A stretch of 64,000 nt of DNA from Octopus vulgaris (lineage: Eukaryota). Positions 49,606 through 62,367 of this stretch are shown in pieces. The notes under the pieces were generated by a model. It did no database searches. It had not been told where the DNA came from and worked only from the letters and a program-made list of their open reading frames with translations. The stretch spans positions 35,030,001-35,094,000 of the forward strand of contig OX597840.1 of the NCBI GenBank assembly GCA_951406725.2. Reading direction: 5' to 3'. Each line of letters opens with the position of its first letter. The first letter of the stretch is position 1. The position numbers and the translations under genes are program-made.

Positions 49606-51111
49606 TGCTTCATCTTGATAGTTGTCCCATCATGCAGCACAAGCCCACCCTTGATGAGCCCTAAAATGACTTTCAAGACCTGCTGCTGACTGACAGGGTT
49701 TAAAACACAAGTGACATATATTTTTCAAGTTTTTTCCACATCTTTGCCCTTTGGAATCTGATTCCGAAAGAATGTTTTTGTGAACTAAGCATATGTCTTA
49801 AGTCCAGATATTGTCTTACAAGTTTCATGACATATGACACGAGTCATGAGAGGTGGTTTGGGGGAGGGGTTTCACGATCGTCTTCTATCTGGGTATCGTT
49901 ATTTAAATGACTGTGGAACAAAATTATGTAATGACCTTCATTAGCTTGCAGCCGTTTCTGTGCCCAAATTAGGTTAGACATTGTCATTTTTAGCCAGGTG
50001 CTGGCTGGTGAGCGAGCAGAGTTGTTAGCATATCAGACAAAATGCTTAGCAGTATTTTTTGAAGCTTTACATTCATCATCATCATCATCATCATCATTTA
50101 GCGTCCACTTTCCATGCTGGCATGGGTTGGACGGTTCAACTGGGGTCTGTGAAGCCAGAAGGCTGCATCAGGCCCAGTCTGATCTGGCAGTGTTTCTACG
50201 GCTGGATGCCCTTCCTAATGCCGACCACTCGGTGAGTGTAGTGGGTGCTTTTTAGGTGCCAGACGGAGCTGGCAAACGGCCACGGATGGATGGTGTTTTT
50301 TACGTGCCACCTAAATTCCTTTAGGGGTTGATAAAATAAGTACCAGTTGAGTACCGGGGTCAATATAATTGACTTCCTTGTTCCCTCAAAATTGCTGGCC
50401 CTGTGCCAAAAATTAAAATTTTCTATTGTCCTACAAGGTACTGGGTGACCCTGTTGGTGTCACATAAAAGCAGTGGCGCTGGTGCCATGTGAAAAGCATT
50501 AAGAAGGGCATTCAGTTGTAGAAACAAAGTCAAAAAAGGGATTTTATCTTGGTATGGCTCCCAGCTTTGCCAGCTCCTGTCAAACTATCCAACCCATGCC
50601 AGCTTGAAAAGCAGATTTCAAATTATGATATTGATGATGATGATGATGGTTGCAGGAGATAGAAGAATCCGGACAGAGTGGGTAACAAAGCATGCCTTGC
50701 ACTATTTTGTTTCAATTCTACTTTCTGAGTTCAAATCCTGTTGAAGTCAACTTCGCCTTTCATCCTACTGGGGTCGATAAAATAAAACTACCAACCAAGT
50801 ACTGGAGCTGATGGGATTAACTAAATCCTTTTCCCCCTAAAATTCCTAGCCTTGTAACCAAAGTTTTGAAACCTTTAAGACAGCAATTTTGCTGGAATCA
50901 TTATGTGAAGTGCCATTGTGTTCTTTGAAGCCTAAGTACAATGTACTTGGTTGAACTTTGAATTTCAAACTCCTAGGATTGATAAAACAAAGTACCATTG
51001 AAATACCGGATGGTTGATATAATCAGCATTAGCCTTTAATCCCTGCTAAAATTCTTGTCTGTCAGAAAATGAAATGATTCAATTTTGGTTGTTTGCTACA
51101 AAAGGGTTTTA

Positions 51112-51510
51112 AGGTGCAGGAATGGCTGTGTGGTGTCAGTAGCTTGCTTACCAACCACATGGTTCCGGGTTCAGTCCCACTGCGTGGCACCTTGGGCAAG
51201 TGTCTTCTGCTATAGCCTCGGGCCGACCAAAGCCTTGTGAGTGGATTTGGTAGATGGAAACTGAAAAGAAGCCTGCCATGTATATGTGTGTGTGTGTGTG
51301 TTTATGTGTTTGTGTTTGTCCCCCCAACATCGCTTGATAACCAATGCTGGTGTGTTTACGTCTCCGTCACTTAGCGGTTCAGCAAAAGAGACCGATAGAA
51401 TAAGTACTAGGCTTACAAAGAATAAGTCCTGGGGTTGATTTGCTCGACTAAAGGCGGTGCTCCAGCATGGCCACAGTCAAATGACTGAAACAAGTAAAAG
51501 AGTAAAAGAG
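51112..51510 (+). mobile_element. SINE family A full-length copy
   Basis: Matches the family. Confidence 0.9.
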
Positions 51511-52319
51511 ATAATGCAAAGATTTCGTGCTGGAGTTTCTGTGTGATTCTTGTTTTTCCTTAGTCTCACTTCAAGACGGTTCCGAACAATAGATCTAAGC
51601 ACTTTTTAATTCTTTAACATTCAGATTACTCTGGTAACAGAGAGCCAGGCCTCCTGTAGGAATTTCAACCGTCTTTCATGGTCTGCTACCACAACAGCTC
51701 CTTTATAGGATCCAGTTAGCTCAAGACATCATCAGGAGGAACCACGTCTGGTTTCGGCCCCTACTCCTCTACTGTTTTGACGTGGCAGAGCCCCCCCTCT
51801 TTTGGAGGTGTCTTCAGCTCTGGTGTTGGGTGCGTGTCTTCTGTCTTCTGTTCCCTGGCCTCTTCGATGTAGCGTCAATGAGTGTCAGCGGGCGACTGAC
51901 TGACTTGTCAAATTTTTTCCCTTTAAATACCTGCTGCTAGGCTCCAGCAGGCATCCCCAGCAAGTTGTCACATGGCACTGTCTCAACTTTAACTGGCCAA
52001 TGAAGGCGAGTAGTCTTAGCCCATGCATTCTCTAAACGATACAGTCACCTGTCAATCAGTGAGGCTACTTCAGTGTCAGCTTGTCTCACCCAGTGATGTT
52101 ATTTTCCTACCGGCATGTTATGACTTACAAGCCATTTTCGGTCTTCCCGCTTCAGCCATATATAGAAGCTGGCTTTTTTGACCACCTCCTTTACTCTCCT
52201 TATTAGTCTTCTCAGCTCCGAGCTAGAAAAAAACAAATCTTCTTTTGAATAATGTTGTCATTTTTCTTTCAATGAAGCCTCTAGCCCCCACAGCCAGGTG
52301 GAGGCTAGGGGCTTCATTA

Positions 52320-52703
52320 TCTTACATATAAAAATCTCCCTGTATCATGTCTTACATACAAAAATCTCCCTGTATCATGTCTTACATATAAAAATCTCCC
52401 TGTATCATGTCTTACATATAAAAATCTCCCTGTATCATGTCTTACATACAAAAATCTCCCTGTATCATGTCTTACATATAAAAATCTCCCTGTATCATGT
52501 CTTACATATAAAAATCTCCCTGTATCATGTCTTACATATAAAAATCTCCCTGTATCATGTCTTACATATAAAAATCTCCCTGTATCATGTCTTACATATA
52601 AAAATCTCCCTGTATCATGTCTTACATATAAAAATCTCCCTGTATCATGTCTTACATATAAAAATCTCCCTGTATCATGTCTTACATATAAAAATCTCCC
52701 TGT
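52320..52703. repeat. 30-bp minisatellite, ~12.8 copies
   Basis: Unit CTTACATATAAAAATCTCCCTGTATCATGT. Only units 2 and 5 differ (T>C). Confidence 0.97.
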
Positions 52704-53072
52704 GCGTTCCACCCCATTTCTCTCACCGCCAACGCTTAAGTAAGCAAAAATTAGACAAAAATAGTGACATACAAATCTACTTAAAAGCCATCGACTGCTC
52801 GGTGGACCATGAATATACCAAATTTGAAATATTCGTAGAAAATACTGCTGTGCCGTAGAACACTCCCTGGTGGCCCACCTGTTGCCAACCCATATTGTAT
52901 ATGGCTTATATTGAGTACAAAGAGCATGTTTATTTGAGTTGTGCTGTTGAACTGAGAGTACTTTGGATAGGTTGTGACCCGGGTGGTACATTTATCTTGT
53001 CATGTGTGTAATATTTTGAGCTTTGATATGGCTTTTTGCTTTCATTCATTTCTGTTTTAATAATACGTTCTT

Positions 53073-53425
53073 TTATTACCTCCGCCTTAGCGTAGGCAGA
53101 GGTATTGTTTTTAGTTGTATTTGTTTGTTTGTCCGTGGACAAGATATCTCAAGAACTGCAGGATGGATTCAGATGAAACTTTCAGGGATGTTCGGCCTCA
53201 TGACTGGCATGACCTAATTAGATTTTGGGATTGATCTGGTACCGGACAAGGATTCTGGATTATTTTTCCTGTTTTTTTTTACTTAATTTTTGAGAGCAGT
53301 TGTTTGCGAGAGCAGTCAAGTTTATTTCAGATATTCTCATTTTAAAAATCATCTCTGGCTAATTGTTGAGAGGACATTGGTGTTGCCTTGGCAGAGGTTT
53401 GCGCTCTCTGAGTGCTCCTTACTAT
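53073..53425 (+). mobile_element. Helentron-associated (HINE/DINE-1-like) non-autonomous element
   Basis: Subterminal inverted repeats ACCTCCGCC / GGCAGAGGT, a short (TTTG)n tract near the 5' end, a 3' hairpin GCGCTCTCTGAGTGC, and a T-rich target. Confidence 0.7.
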
Positions 53426-53764
53426 TACTATTATTATTATTATTTAAGGCAGCGAGCTGGCAGGATCATTAGCATGCCGGGTGAAATGCTTAGCGGTATT
53501 TCATCCGTTTTCATGTTCTGAGTTCAAATTCTGCCGAGGTTGACTTTGCCTTTCATCCTTACCGGGATCAATAAAATTAGTACCAGTTATGCACTGGGGT
53601 CGATGTAATCGACTTGTCTCCTTCCACCAAATTTCAGGCCTTGTGCCTGTAATAGAAAGCATTATTATTATTATGCCAGTGAACTGGCAGAATCATTAGC
53701 ATGCTCCGAAAGGATGAAAAGCAAAGTTGACCTCAGTGGAATTTGAACTTGGAGCATAAAGACA

Positions 53765-53972
53765 GATGAAAAGTTCCTGGCTTTGCATAAGAGAAATTAC
53801 AGGAGGGTCAGTTAATTATGATTTTACTCAACATATTCCCCTCTCAGATTCACATGCTTATTGCAGCAGTCTTTCAGTTTTCCTAAGCCCTGTAAAAGAA
53901 CTCAGATGGTTCGGCCTCCAACCAGGCCTTTCATGACACCCTTAAAGCCAGGAACACTACAGTATCCCTTGT
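53765..53972 (-). mobile_element. mariner-derived MITE
   Basis: TIR cores GTTCCTGGCTTT / AAAGCCAGGAAC. The minus strand retains a transposase-end-like NLRGEYVE*. Confidence 0.7.
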
Positions 53973-55199
53973 GCGTGTGTGAGTGTGTGTATTCTAAATG
54001 AAATCTGGATTTACTTGTCATACATGAAGTATTACCTGGGATATTTCTTTTACTTATTGGTGTCTAATTGTTGAATATAATTAACCAAATTTATTTAACC
54101 CTGATATAGATATCTGCCGAGATTTTTTAATCTTTTTCACTTCAAAATAAAAAAGATTTTTTTTGTGGCAGTTGCCAGTACCACCTGACTGGCCCTCATG
54201 CCGGTGGCATGTAAAAGCGCCCACTACACTCTCGGAATGGTTAGCATTAGGAAGGGCATCCAGCTGTAGAAACTCTGCCAGATCAAGATTGGAGCCTGGT
54301 GCAGCCATCTGGTTCGCCTCAGTCAAATTGTCCAACCCATGCCAGCATGGAAAGCAGATGTTAAACGATGATGATGACCTCTTTCAGTTTCTGTCTACCA
54401 AATCCACTCACAAGGCTTTGGTCGGCCCGAAACTATAGCAGAAGACACATGCCCAAGGTACCATGCAGTGGATCAGAACCTAGGACCTCATGGTTGGGAA
54501 GCAAGCTTCTTACCGCACAGTCACAAACAAACCGAAAACTGGATAGTTGTCGCATATCTGGGAAGCCTTTGGTCATAGGCCAACCAGATCAAAGGCGACC
54601 TGGTGCTAAATAACAACAACAACAATCAGCAGATAGGAGAAGGCACTTTACCGTTTCTGTCACTCCATTGTCTGACATGTTATCACAGACACACACTAGT
54701 ATTTAGTCTTTACTATTCAATCAGGTAATTACAAATGGACTATTAACCTCACCTGATGATTTCAGGTGTCTTCTTTCTTTTCTCTCCTTTTCTTCCTTTT
54801 CTTCCTTTTCTTTGCTCTTTTTTTTTTTCTTTTTTCATTATGTTACTGACCTACAAAAATAGTTTCCAATTATCAGAAATATTGGAATTATCAAAAAGTA
54901 CTAATTAGAAGAAGTGTAATTTTGTGTAGACTTTTAACGATGGGTGATTTCTTTTTTTGTTTCGTTTTTTTTTCTCCCTATCTTATTCTTTTTCTTAGCG
55001 CCACCTACATCCACCCCCCCCACTATCACATACATCCACTCCACCACTATCAGACACATATAGTCTTATACACACACACACACGCACGCACACACACAGT
55101 TGTCTACACAAATACACATCTTACAGTCATTTATGTACTTACAATCCTCCACTCACCATAATTGTCTTACACTCACTGACTACGCTCACACTCAGACCT

Positions 55200-55745
55200 G
55201 CACTCACTCATCACACTGAAGTTCAGTTGTTACTGACTCTCCAGACCTGTACTCAGCCCTACATCCACCCTCCAGACACACACACTATGTAACCCCAGTA
55301 CTCCAGACTCACAGTCTATCCTGCACTCACACACCACACACTCTGTTCTCAGACCTTCTCATACTCTAGACTTGCACTCAGCTATGCACTCACTCTCCAG
55401 AGCTGCACTCAACTATACACTCACTCTCCAGACCTGCACTCTGCCATACAATCACTCTCTAGACCTGCACTCTGTTATACACTCAGTCTCCAGACCCACA
55501 CTCTCTTATACACTCACTCTCCAAACCTGCACTCTCTTATATACTCACTCTCCAGACTCGCACACAGCTATATATACACTCACTCTCCAGAGCTACATTC
55601 AACTATACACTCTTCTCTCCATACCTGCACTCAACTATACACTCTTCTCTCCAGAACTGCACTCAGCTATACACTCATACTTCAGACCTGCACTCATATA
55701 CTTGCTCTCCTGATCTGCACTCAGGCATGACCCGCAACCATCCAG
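55200..55745. repeat. Degenerate ~31-bp minisatellite
   Basis: Recurring CACTCACTCTCCAGACCTGCACTC.GCTATA. Confidence 0.8.
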
Positions 55746-55996
55746 ACTCAGTTTCTCACAAACAATTAATGAGAAATAACTCAAATTACCAAAGTCACTT
55801 TCTCTAATTAGTCAGCCTTCATTTGAAACAAGGATGTAACGAGACGGCCTACATGTCTCACTCAAAATTCATTAATATATATATATCTCCCCTTCTTCCT
55901 CGCTCTCCTGTGTGATCCCTCTGTCCGGCATTCACCATGATAGATCGCTAGCCACTAAGCCTTTTTTTATTTTCTCACTCTGTTTATTTCTGTGTT

Positions 55997-56034
55997 TCTT
56001 TCTGATGAAGAGCATAGGCTCAAAACATAAAAGA
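55997..56034 (+). ncRNA. Degenerate minimal hammerhead motif (second family)
   Basis: TCTTT-CTGATGA-A-GAGC-ATAG-GCTC-AAAACATA-AAAGA. The two core defects are CG>CA changes relative to the intact half-copy GCTCGAAACGTAAAAGA at 57310-57326. Confidence 0.55.
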
Positions 56035-57971
56035 CTTTCTCACTTCCCGAGTGTTAAACCAATACATCTGTTTGTTGTTTACACACCCGTCTTCGTCTTT
56101 TTTTTTTTGCAAATTCTCACTATATATATATGGCACATGGCCTAGTTGTTAGGATGTTGCACACAACATGGCAAGATTAGGGTTTCAATTCCTGGACTGG
56201 GCAGTGAGCTCTGTTCTTGAGCAAATCACTTCATCTCCTGTTTTTCTACGCTCACCTTGACACCTGACATGTGATACATCGTGCACCTGTCCAAGCAACA
56301 TCGATTTGATGGACAGGTGTGCACTAATGCACAGCATGTTGGATCATTATAAACAAATCCTTTGTGCAGGGTGTTCAGTAAAAAAAAAACTGATCATTGT
56401 CTTTGCTGGGAGAGTCCATTGTGTGTGTGTGTGGGTGTATAGGCATGGCTGTGTGGTAAGAAGTTTGCTTCTCAACCACATGGTTTTGGGTTCAGTCCCA
56501 CTGTGTGGCACCTTGGGCAAGTGTCTTTAGTCTCAGACCAATCAAAGCCTTATGAGTGGACTTGATTGATGGAAATTGAAAGAAGCATGTTGTACGTGCT
56601 GTTGGCGATTCCTTTTCCTTCTTTGGACTTTACCCTTTCTCCTTTCCGACAGAGAGCTATGCTCAAAACGTCAAAAATTCTTTCTTTCAACTGAACGTCA
56701 GACAAGTACATTCCTTGCACACATCATATAAAACTTCTTTTACTCTTAGCATTTTTGAGAAAGACTTATATTTAGGAAGTTATTTCACATTAAAGTTGTC
56801 GTATTTCAGTAATTTCAACCAATCAATGACGTGTATTCAGCTGAACAAAATTACTGCCGTTGTATGTCAAGAACATCTATCGTCAGTGTATTTTTCGTTT
56901 GTCACTGTAATTGTTGATTTTATTGCTCATTTATTTAAATTGATTATATATTTCTAAAGCCTGGTATGTATACCATCAGACTCTTTTGCTGAGCCACCAA
57001 GTTACAAGGTGTAAAGACACCAACATTGGTTGTCAAGCAGTGGTGGAGGCCAAACCCACACACAGACACACACACGAAGCAAAGCAGGCCTTGTTGTCCC
57101 CTCAAGAAAACATGTACTAAATGATCCACAAGCACTCAGGGACACTGAGTCCTCAACCTGTTCTGTTTACCAAAAGGTTTGCAAGGCACCTGCATGCCCT
57201 AAGACACTTTTCTGTCCATAGAACATGTCTAATGCTTAATTTTACTAAACCTCATTTGTCACACACACACACACACACTCACACACACATATATATATAT
57301 ATATATAAGGCTCGAAACGTAAAAGACTTGTTTTATTTATATTCCTGAGCGCCATACTAATACAATTGTTTGTTTGTACTCCACCTGCCTTCGTCTTTTG
57401 TTTATTTTCATAAAGCTTCCTGTTATATATATATACATACATATATATATAAATGAAAGACATGTATATGCATGTGTGTGTATATTTGTTTGTCTTCTCA
57501 CGCTGCTTGACAACCAGTGTTGATTTATATCCCTGTGACCTAGTGGTTTGGCAACGGAGATCAATAGAAATAGAACCAGGCTTTTTTTAAAAAAAAAAAA
57601 GAAAGAAAGAAAAGAAAAGGAAAAGAAGTACTGGAGTCAGTTTGCTCGATTGAGCTCGTCAAGGCACTGCTCCAGAATGGGCTTAGTTCATTAACGAACA
57701 AAAATATGAAAGATGTAGGAAGTGAGAAGTTAACGAGCTTTTCTCAATTAATTTGTGGAATTCAGACCGTAGAGACTTGCCCCTTTTGGTTTTGGAAGGA
57801 GGGGAATTTAATTTTAAAAAATTTATTTTGAAAGAAATGTTATCCTCTGAACCTGGAACCATGTGGTTGGTAAGCAAGCTACTTACCACACAGCCACTCC
57901 AGTGCCAATGGATTGAGTATTCTTTTTAATTTTTTTTTTTTCTGACAGTCAACACTAAACAATATATGTTT

Positions 57972-58440
57972 AGGCGGCGACCTGGCAGAAACGTTAGCAA
58001 GCCGGGTGAAATGCTTAGTGGTATTTCGTCTGCCGTTACGTTCTGAGTTCAAATTCCGCTGAGGTCGACTTTGCCTTTCATCCTTTCGGGGTCGATTAAA
58101 TAAGTACCAGTTACGCACTGGAGTCGATGTAATCAACTTAATCCCTTTGTTTGTCCCCTTTATGTTTAGCCCCTTGTGGGTAGTAAAAACTTAATCCGTT
58201 TGTCTGTCCTTGTTTGTCCCCTCAGTGTTTGGCCCCTTATGGGTAGTAAAGAAATAGGTATTTCGTCTTTCGTTGTGATCTGAGTTCAAATTCCGCCGAG
58301 TCAACTTTGCCTTTCACCTTTTCGGGGTCGATTAAATAAGTACCAGTTACGCACTGGGATTGATGTAATCGACTTAATCCGTTTGTCTGTCCTTGTTTGT
58401 CCTCTCTATGTTTAGCCCCTTGTGGGTAGTAAAGAAATAA
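57972..58440 (+). mobile_element. SINE family B head plus multimerised body
   Basis: Head GGCGGCGACCTGGCAGAAACG, then body, a partial repeat, the junction GAAATA|GGTATTTCGTC near 58256, and a second body. Confidence 0.85.
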
Positions 58441-58817
58441 ATATATGTTTACCTATCCCTCCATCCGCCTCTCATCCTGATCATCTTCCTCATCATTTAA
58501 CATCCGTTTTCCGTGTTGGCATGGATTGGACAGTTCGACAGCATCTGGCAGGTCTCAGAAGATTGTATCGAGCCCTGCTGTCAGCTTTGGCATGGTTTCT
58601 ACAGCCAGATGCCCTTCCTAACCCCAACCACTTTACAGAGTGTACTGGGGATGTTTTTTTGTGTGGCACCAGCACCAGTGAGGTCCCCGAATAACCTGCA
58701 AGACACAACCCCTCAACTGAGTGGTGTTCACAGATAAGTGGGTTGAGGGTTTGAGATGATCTGATGAAACCCAGGGCTGCATTGGGCTCCATCACTTACT
58801 CTCATAGTCATATATAC

Positions 58818-60390
58818 ATCTCTCTCTCTCTCTTTTTCTCTCTGTCTCTGTCTCTTTCTCTCTCTTTTTCTCCCTCTCTCTCTTTCTCTCTGTCTCTTTC
58901 TCTCTCTCTTTTTCTCCCTCTCTCTCTTTCTCTCACTCTTTCTTTTTCTCACCCTCTTTCTCTCTTTCTCTTTCTCACCCTCTTTCTCTCTTTCTCTTTC
59001 TCACCCTCTTTCTCTCTTTCTCTTTCTCACCCTCTTTCTCTCTCTTTGTCTCTCTCTCTTTTCTCCTACTCTCTCTTTTTCTCCCACCTATCTCTCACAC
59101 TCACACACTCTTTCTCTGTCTGTCTGTCTGTCTCTCTCACACTCACACACTCTTTCTCTGTCTGTCTGTCTCTCTCTCTCACACTCACACACTCTTTCTC
59201 TGTCTGTCTGTCTCTCTCTCTCACACTCACACACTCTTTCTCTGTCTGTCTGTCTCTCTCTCTCACACTCACACACTCTTTCTCTCTGTCTGTCTCTCTC
59301 TCACACTCACACACTCTTTCTCTGTCTGTCTGTCTCTCTCTCTCACACTCACACACTCTTTCTCTGTCTGTCTGTCTCTCTCTCTCACACTCACACACTC
59401 TTTCTCTGTCTGTCTGTCTCTCTCTCTCACACTCACACACTCTTTCTCTGTCTGTCTGTCTCTCTCTCACACTCACACACTCTTTCTCTGTCTGTCTGTC
59501 TCTCTCTCTCACACTCACACACTCTTTCTCTGTCTGTCTGTCTCTCTCTCTCACACTCACACACTCTTTCTCTGTCTGTCTGTCTCTCTCTCTCACACAC
59601 ACACACTCTCTCTCTTTCTCTCTCTCACTCACTCACACAGTCTCGTATATCATGCCCATACACACACTGTATTACTATATCACTCTCACTCCCTGTCCTA
59701 CATACACCACTCACTCACCCTCACCCCCACTCTCTTCCTCCCACCTGCACACTGTCCCACATATGTCACTCACCCTCACAGTCTGAACACTGCACTTTTC
59801 ACCCACCCACCCAGCCACACACGCATGCATTCTGATAGATAACACACACACACACGCATGCACTCGCACAGTTTAACATACATCACTCCCCCCTCACCTA
59901 GTCCTACATCACTCACTCATCTACACGCCCACTCATTCTCGCACAAACATCTCCACTCTATATCACTCACTCACCCACATGCTCTGTCTCTCATCACTCA
60001 CTCACTCACACACTCACTCACTCACTCACTCAATCACACTCTCACACTCATTCATTCACTTATGCACTCACTCACTTATGCACTCACTCACTCACTCATT
60101 CACTTACTCACTCACATGCTCACTCACTCACTCACACACTCACTCACTATCACTCACTCACTCACTCACACACACACTCACTCACTCACTCACTCACACA
60201 CTCACTCACTCACTCACTCACTCACACACTCACTCACTCACTCACTCACACACACACTCGTTCACACTCACTCATTCACTCACTCATTCACTCACTCATT
60301 CACACACTCGCTCACTCTCACTCACTCACTCACTCACTCACTCACTCACTCACTCACTCACTCACTCACTCACTCACTCACTCATTCACT
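58818..60390. repeat. (CT)n tract, ~40-bp CT/CA compound minisatellite and (TCAC)n microsatellite
   Basis: Unit TCACACTCACACACTCTTTCTCTGTCTGTCTGTCTCTCTC at ~59090-59600, and (TCAC)n at ~59990-60390. Confidence 0.9.
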
Positions 60391-61856
60391 TATACTCTAT
60401 CCTACGTTTTCAAAACTTAATTATTACAAATTTAACAGAATCTTAGTTCTAAGATTCTACTTTGCCCCCCCCCCCCAATATATCATTGCTAATCACAAAT
60501 AACCCCATAGCACAGACACTCACAGCTCCACTCCTGCTCACACTCATAATACCCACCTGTTTGCGTGCGTGAGTGTGAGTGTGAGTGAAGTGTCCTGTAG
60601 AACAGATTGCCTTTCTCCTATTTAGGTTAATGAACCAGGCTTCTTAGCCTGTCCTGATTGGACATGTTAATTACATACATTGATGAATTTAGTCGTTAGC
60701 CAGCTGGAGAGGAAGCGAGCGAGTGGCGGTGAGAGTAGGAGCAGTGGGGGAGGGGTAGGTGGGTGTGGTGGGGGGTTGGGGGGGGTCGGGGTGGCGAATT
60801 TACTAAGCATCTGTTACCCAACTCGTCATCCACCAACCACAGAAAAAAAGAATAGAAACGGCATTGCTAAAAATATCAACAAATGGCATCGATGTTTTAT
60901 TTTGCCTTTGTCGGACGACGACCACAAAAACAGTCCAAAATCGGAAACAAACAAACAAACAGACAACAAAACCAAAAAAAAAAAAACAACAAAAATCGTT
61001 AATAAAAAAAACAACAACAAAAAAAACAATCGTTAACAACAAAAATAAAAGGAAAGAAAAAAAAGATTCGTTTTACAAAAGATCTGAACATGGAGAAGAA
61101 GTGGGATAGATTAGGGGTGGAGTTTGGAGTGGTGGGGTGGAAAAGCATTTAATCAATTAATCCATAAATAGCATGAAATATAATTTATTACTATTATTAT
61201 TATTATTATTATTATTATTGTTATTATTATTATTAAAATGCTTGGCAGTATTTCGCCTGTCTTTACATTTTGAGTTCAAATTCTGCCGGGGTCGACTTTG
61301 CCGTTTATCCTTTCGGGGTCGTTAAAATAAGTACTAGTAACACACTGGGGGTTAATGTAATCGACTTCCCCACTCTCCTTAGATTGCTGGTCTTGTGTCG
61401 AAATTTACGTTCTGAGTTAAAATCCTGCTGAGGTCAACTTTCCCTTTCATCCCTTTGGGGTCAATAAAATAAGTACCAGAGATGTAATCGATTTAGTTCC
61501 CCGACCCCATATGCTGGCCTTGTACCGAAATTTGAAACTGTTATCGAGTTCAAATCCTGCTGAGGTCAACTTTGCCCTTCATCCCTTTGGGGTCAATAAA
61601 ATAAGTATCAGAGATGTCATCGACTTAGTCCCCCACCACCCCAATTGCTGGCCTTGTGCCGAAATTTGAAACTGTTATCGAGTTCAAATTCTGCTGAGGT
61701 CAACTTTGCTTTTCATCTTTTGGGGTCGATGTAGTAAGTTTAATCCCATCCCTCAAAATTTCAGGCCTTGTACCCTTAGTAAAAAGGATTATTATTATTT
61801 TTCGTTTTTGAATTTGGTTTGCAAGATTCTTTATATGAGTTTGTGTATTGAAGTAT

Positions 61857-62367
61857 ATTCTGTTGTGTCTGGGGAGAGTCATTCTCTTTTAGTGCTTTAT
61901 TATTTAACACTCACCGGTAAAATTTCCACTTTTTTCTTATTTTTATTTTCCTAAAATTTTCATTGTGTCTTGCAACCTTTTCAATAGTCTTTTCAAGAGT
62001 CTTGACTCTTGTAAAGGTTGCAAGACGCAACGAAAATTTTTAGGGAAATAAAAATAAGAAATAAGTGGAAATTTTACCGATGAGTGTGGCAGAAACGTTA
62101 GCATGCTGGGCGAAATACGTAGCCGTATTTCGTCTGCCGTTATGTTCTGAGTTCAAATTGCGCCGAGGTCGACTTAACCTTTCATCCTTTCGGGGTCGAT
62201 TAAATAAGTACCAGTTACACATTGGGTTGATATAATTGACTTAATCCGTTTGTCTGTCCTTGTTTGTCCCCTCTATGTTTAGCCCCTTGTGGGTGTAATA
62301 AAGAAATAGAGTGTGTTACGTAATAAGGCACAAAAAGAGAATGACTCTCCCCAGACACAACAGAATT
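61857..62367. mobile_element. Penelope-like fold-back remnant, right arm interrupted by SINE B (62088-62308)
   Basis: The left arm 61857-61989 is the reverse complement of 62004-62087 plus 62309-62367. The SINE B is flanked by TSD GAGTGT. Hammerhead-like motifs sit at the inner end of both arms. Confidence 0.7.

Noticed and set aside
51620-52250. Possible coding exon or retroelement ORF
   Set aside because: The sequence is complex, but no sustained ORF or recognisable motif was found; left unassigned.
52320-52703. CRISPR-like 30-bp repeats
   Set aside because: The units are contiguous with no spacers.
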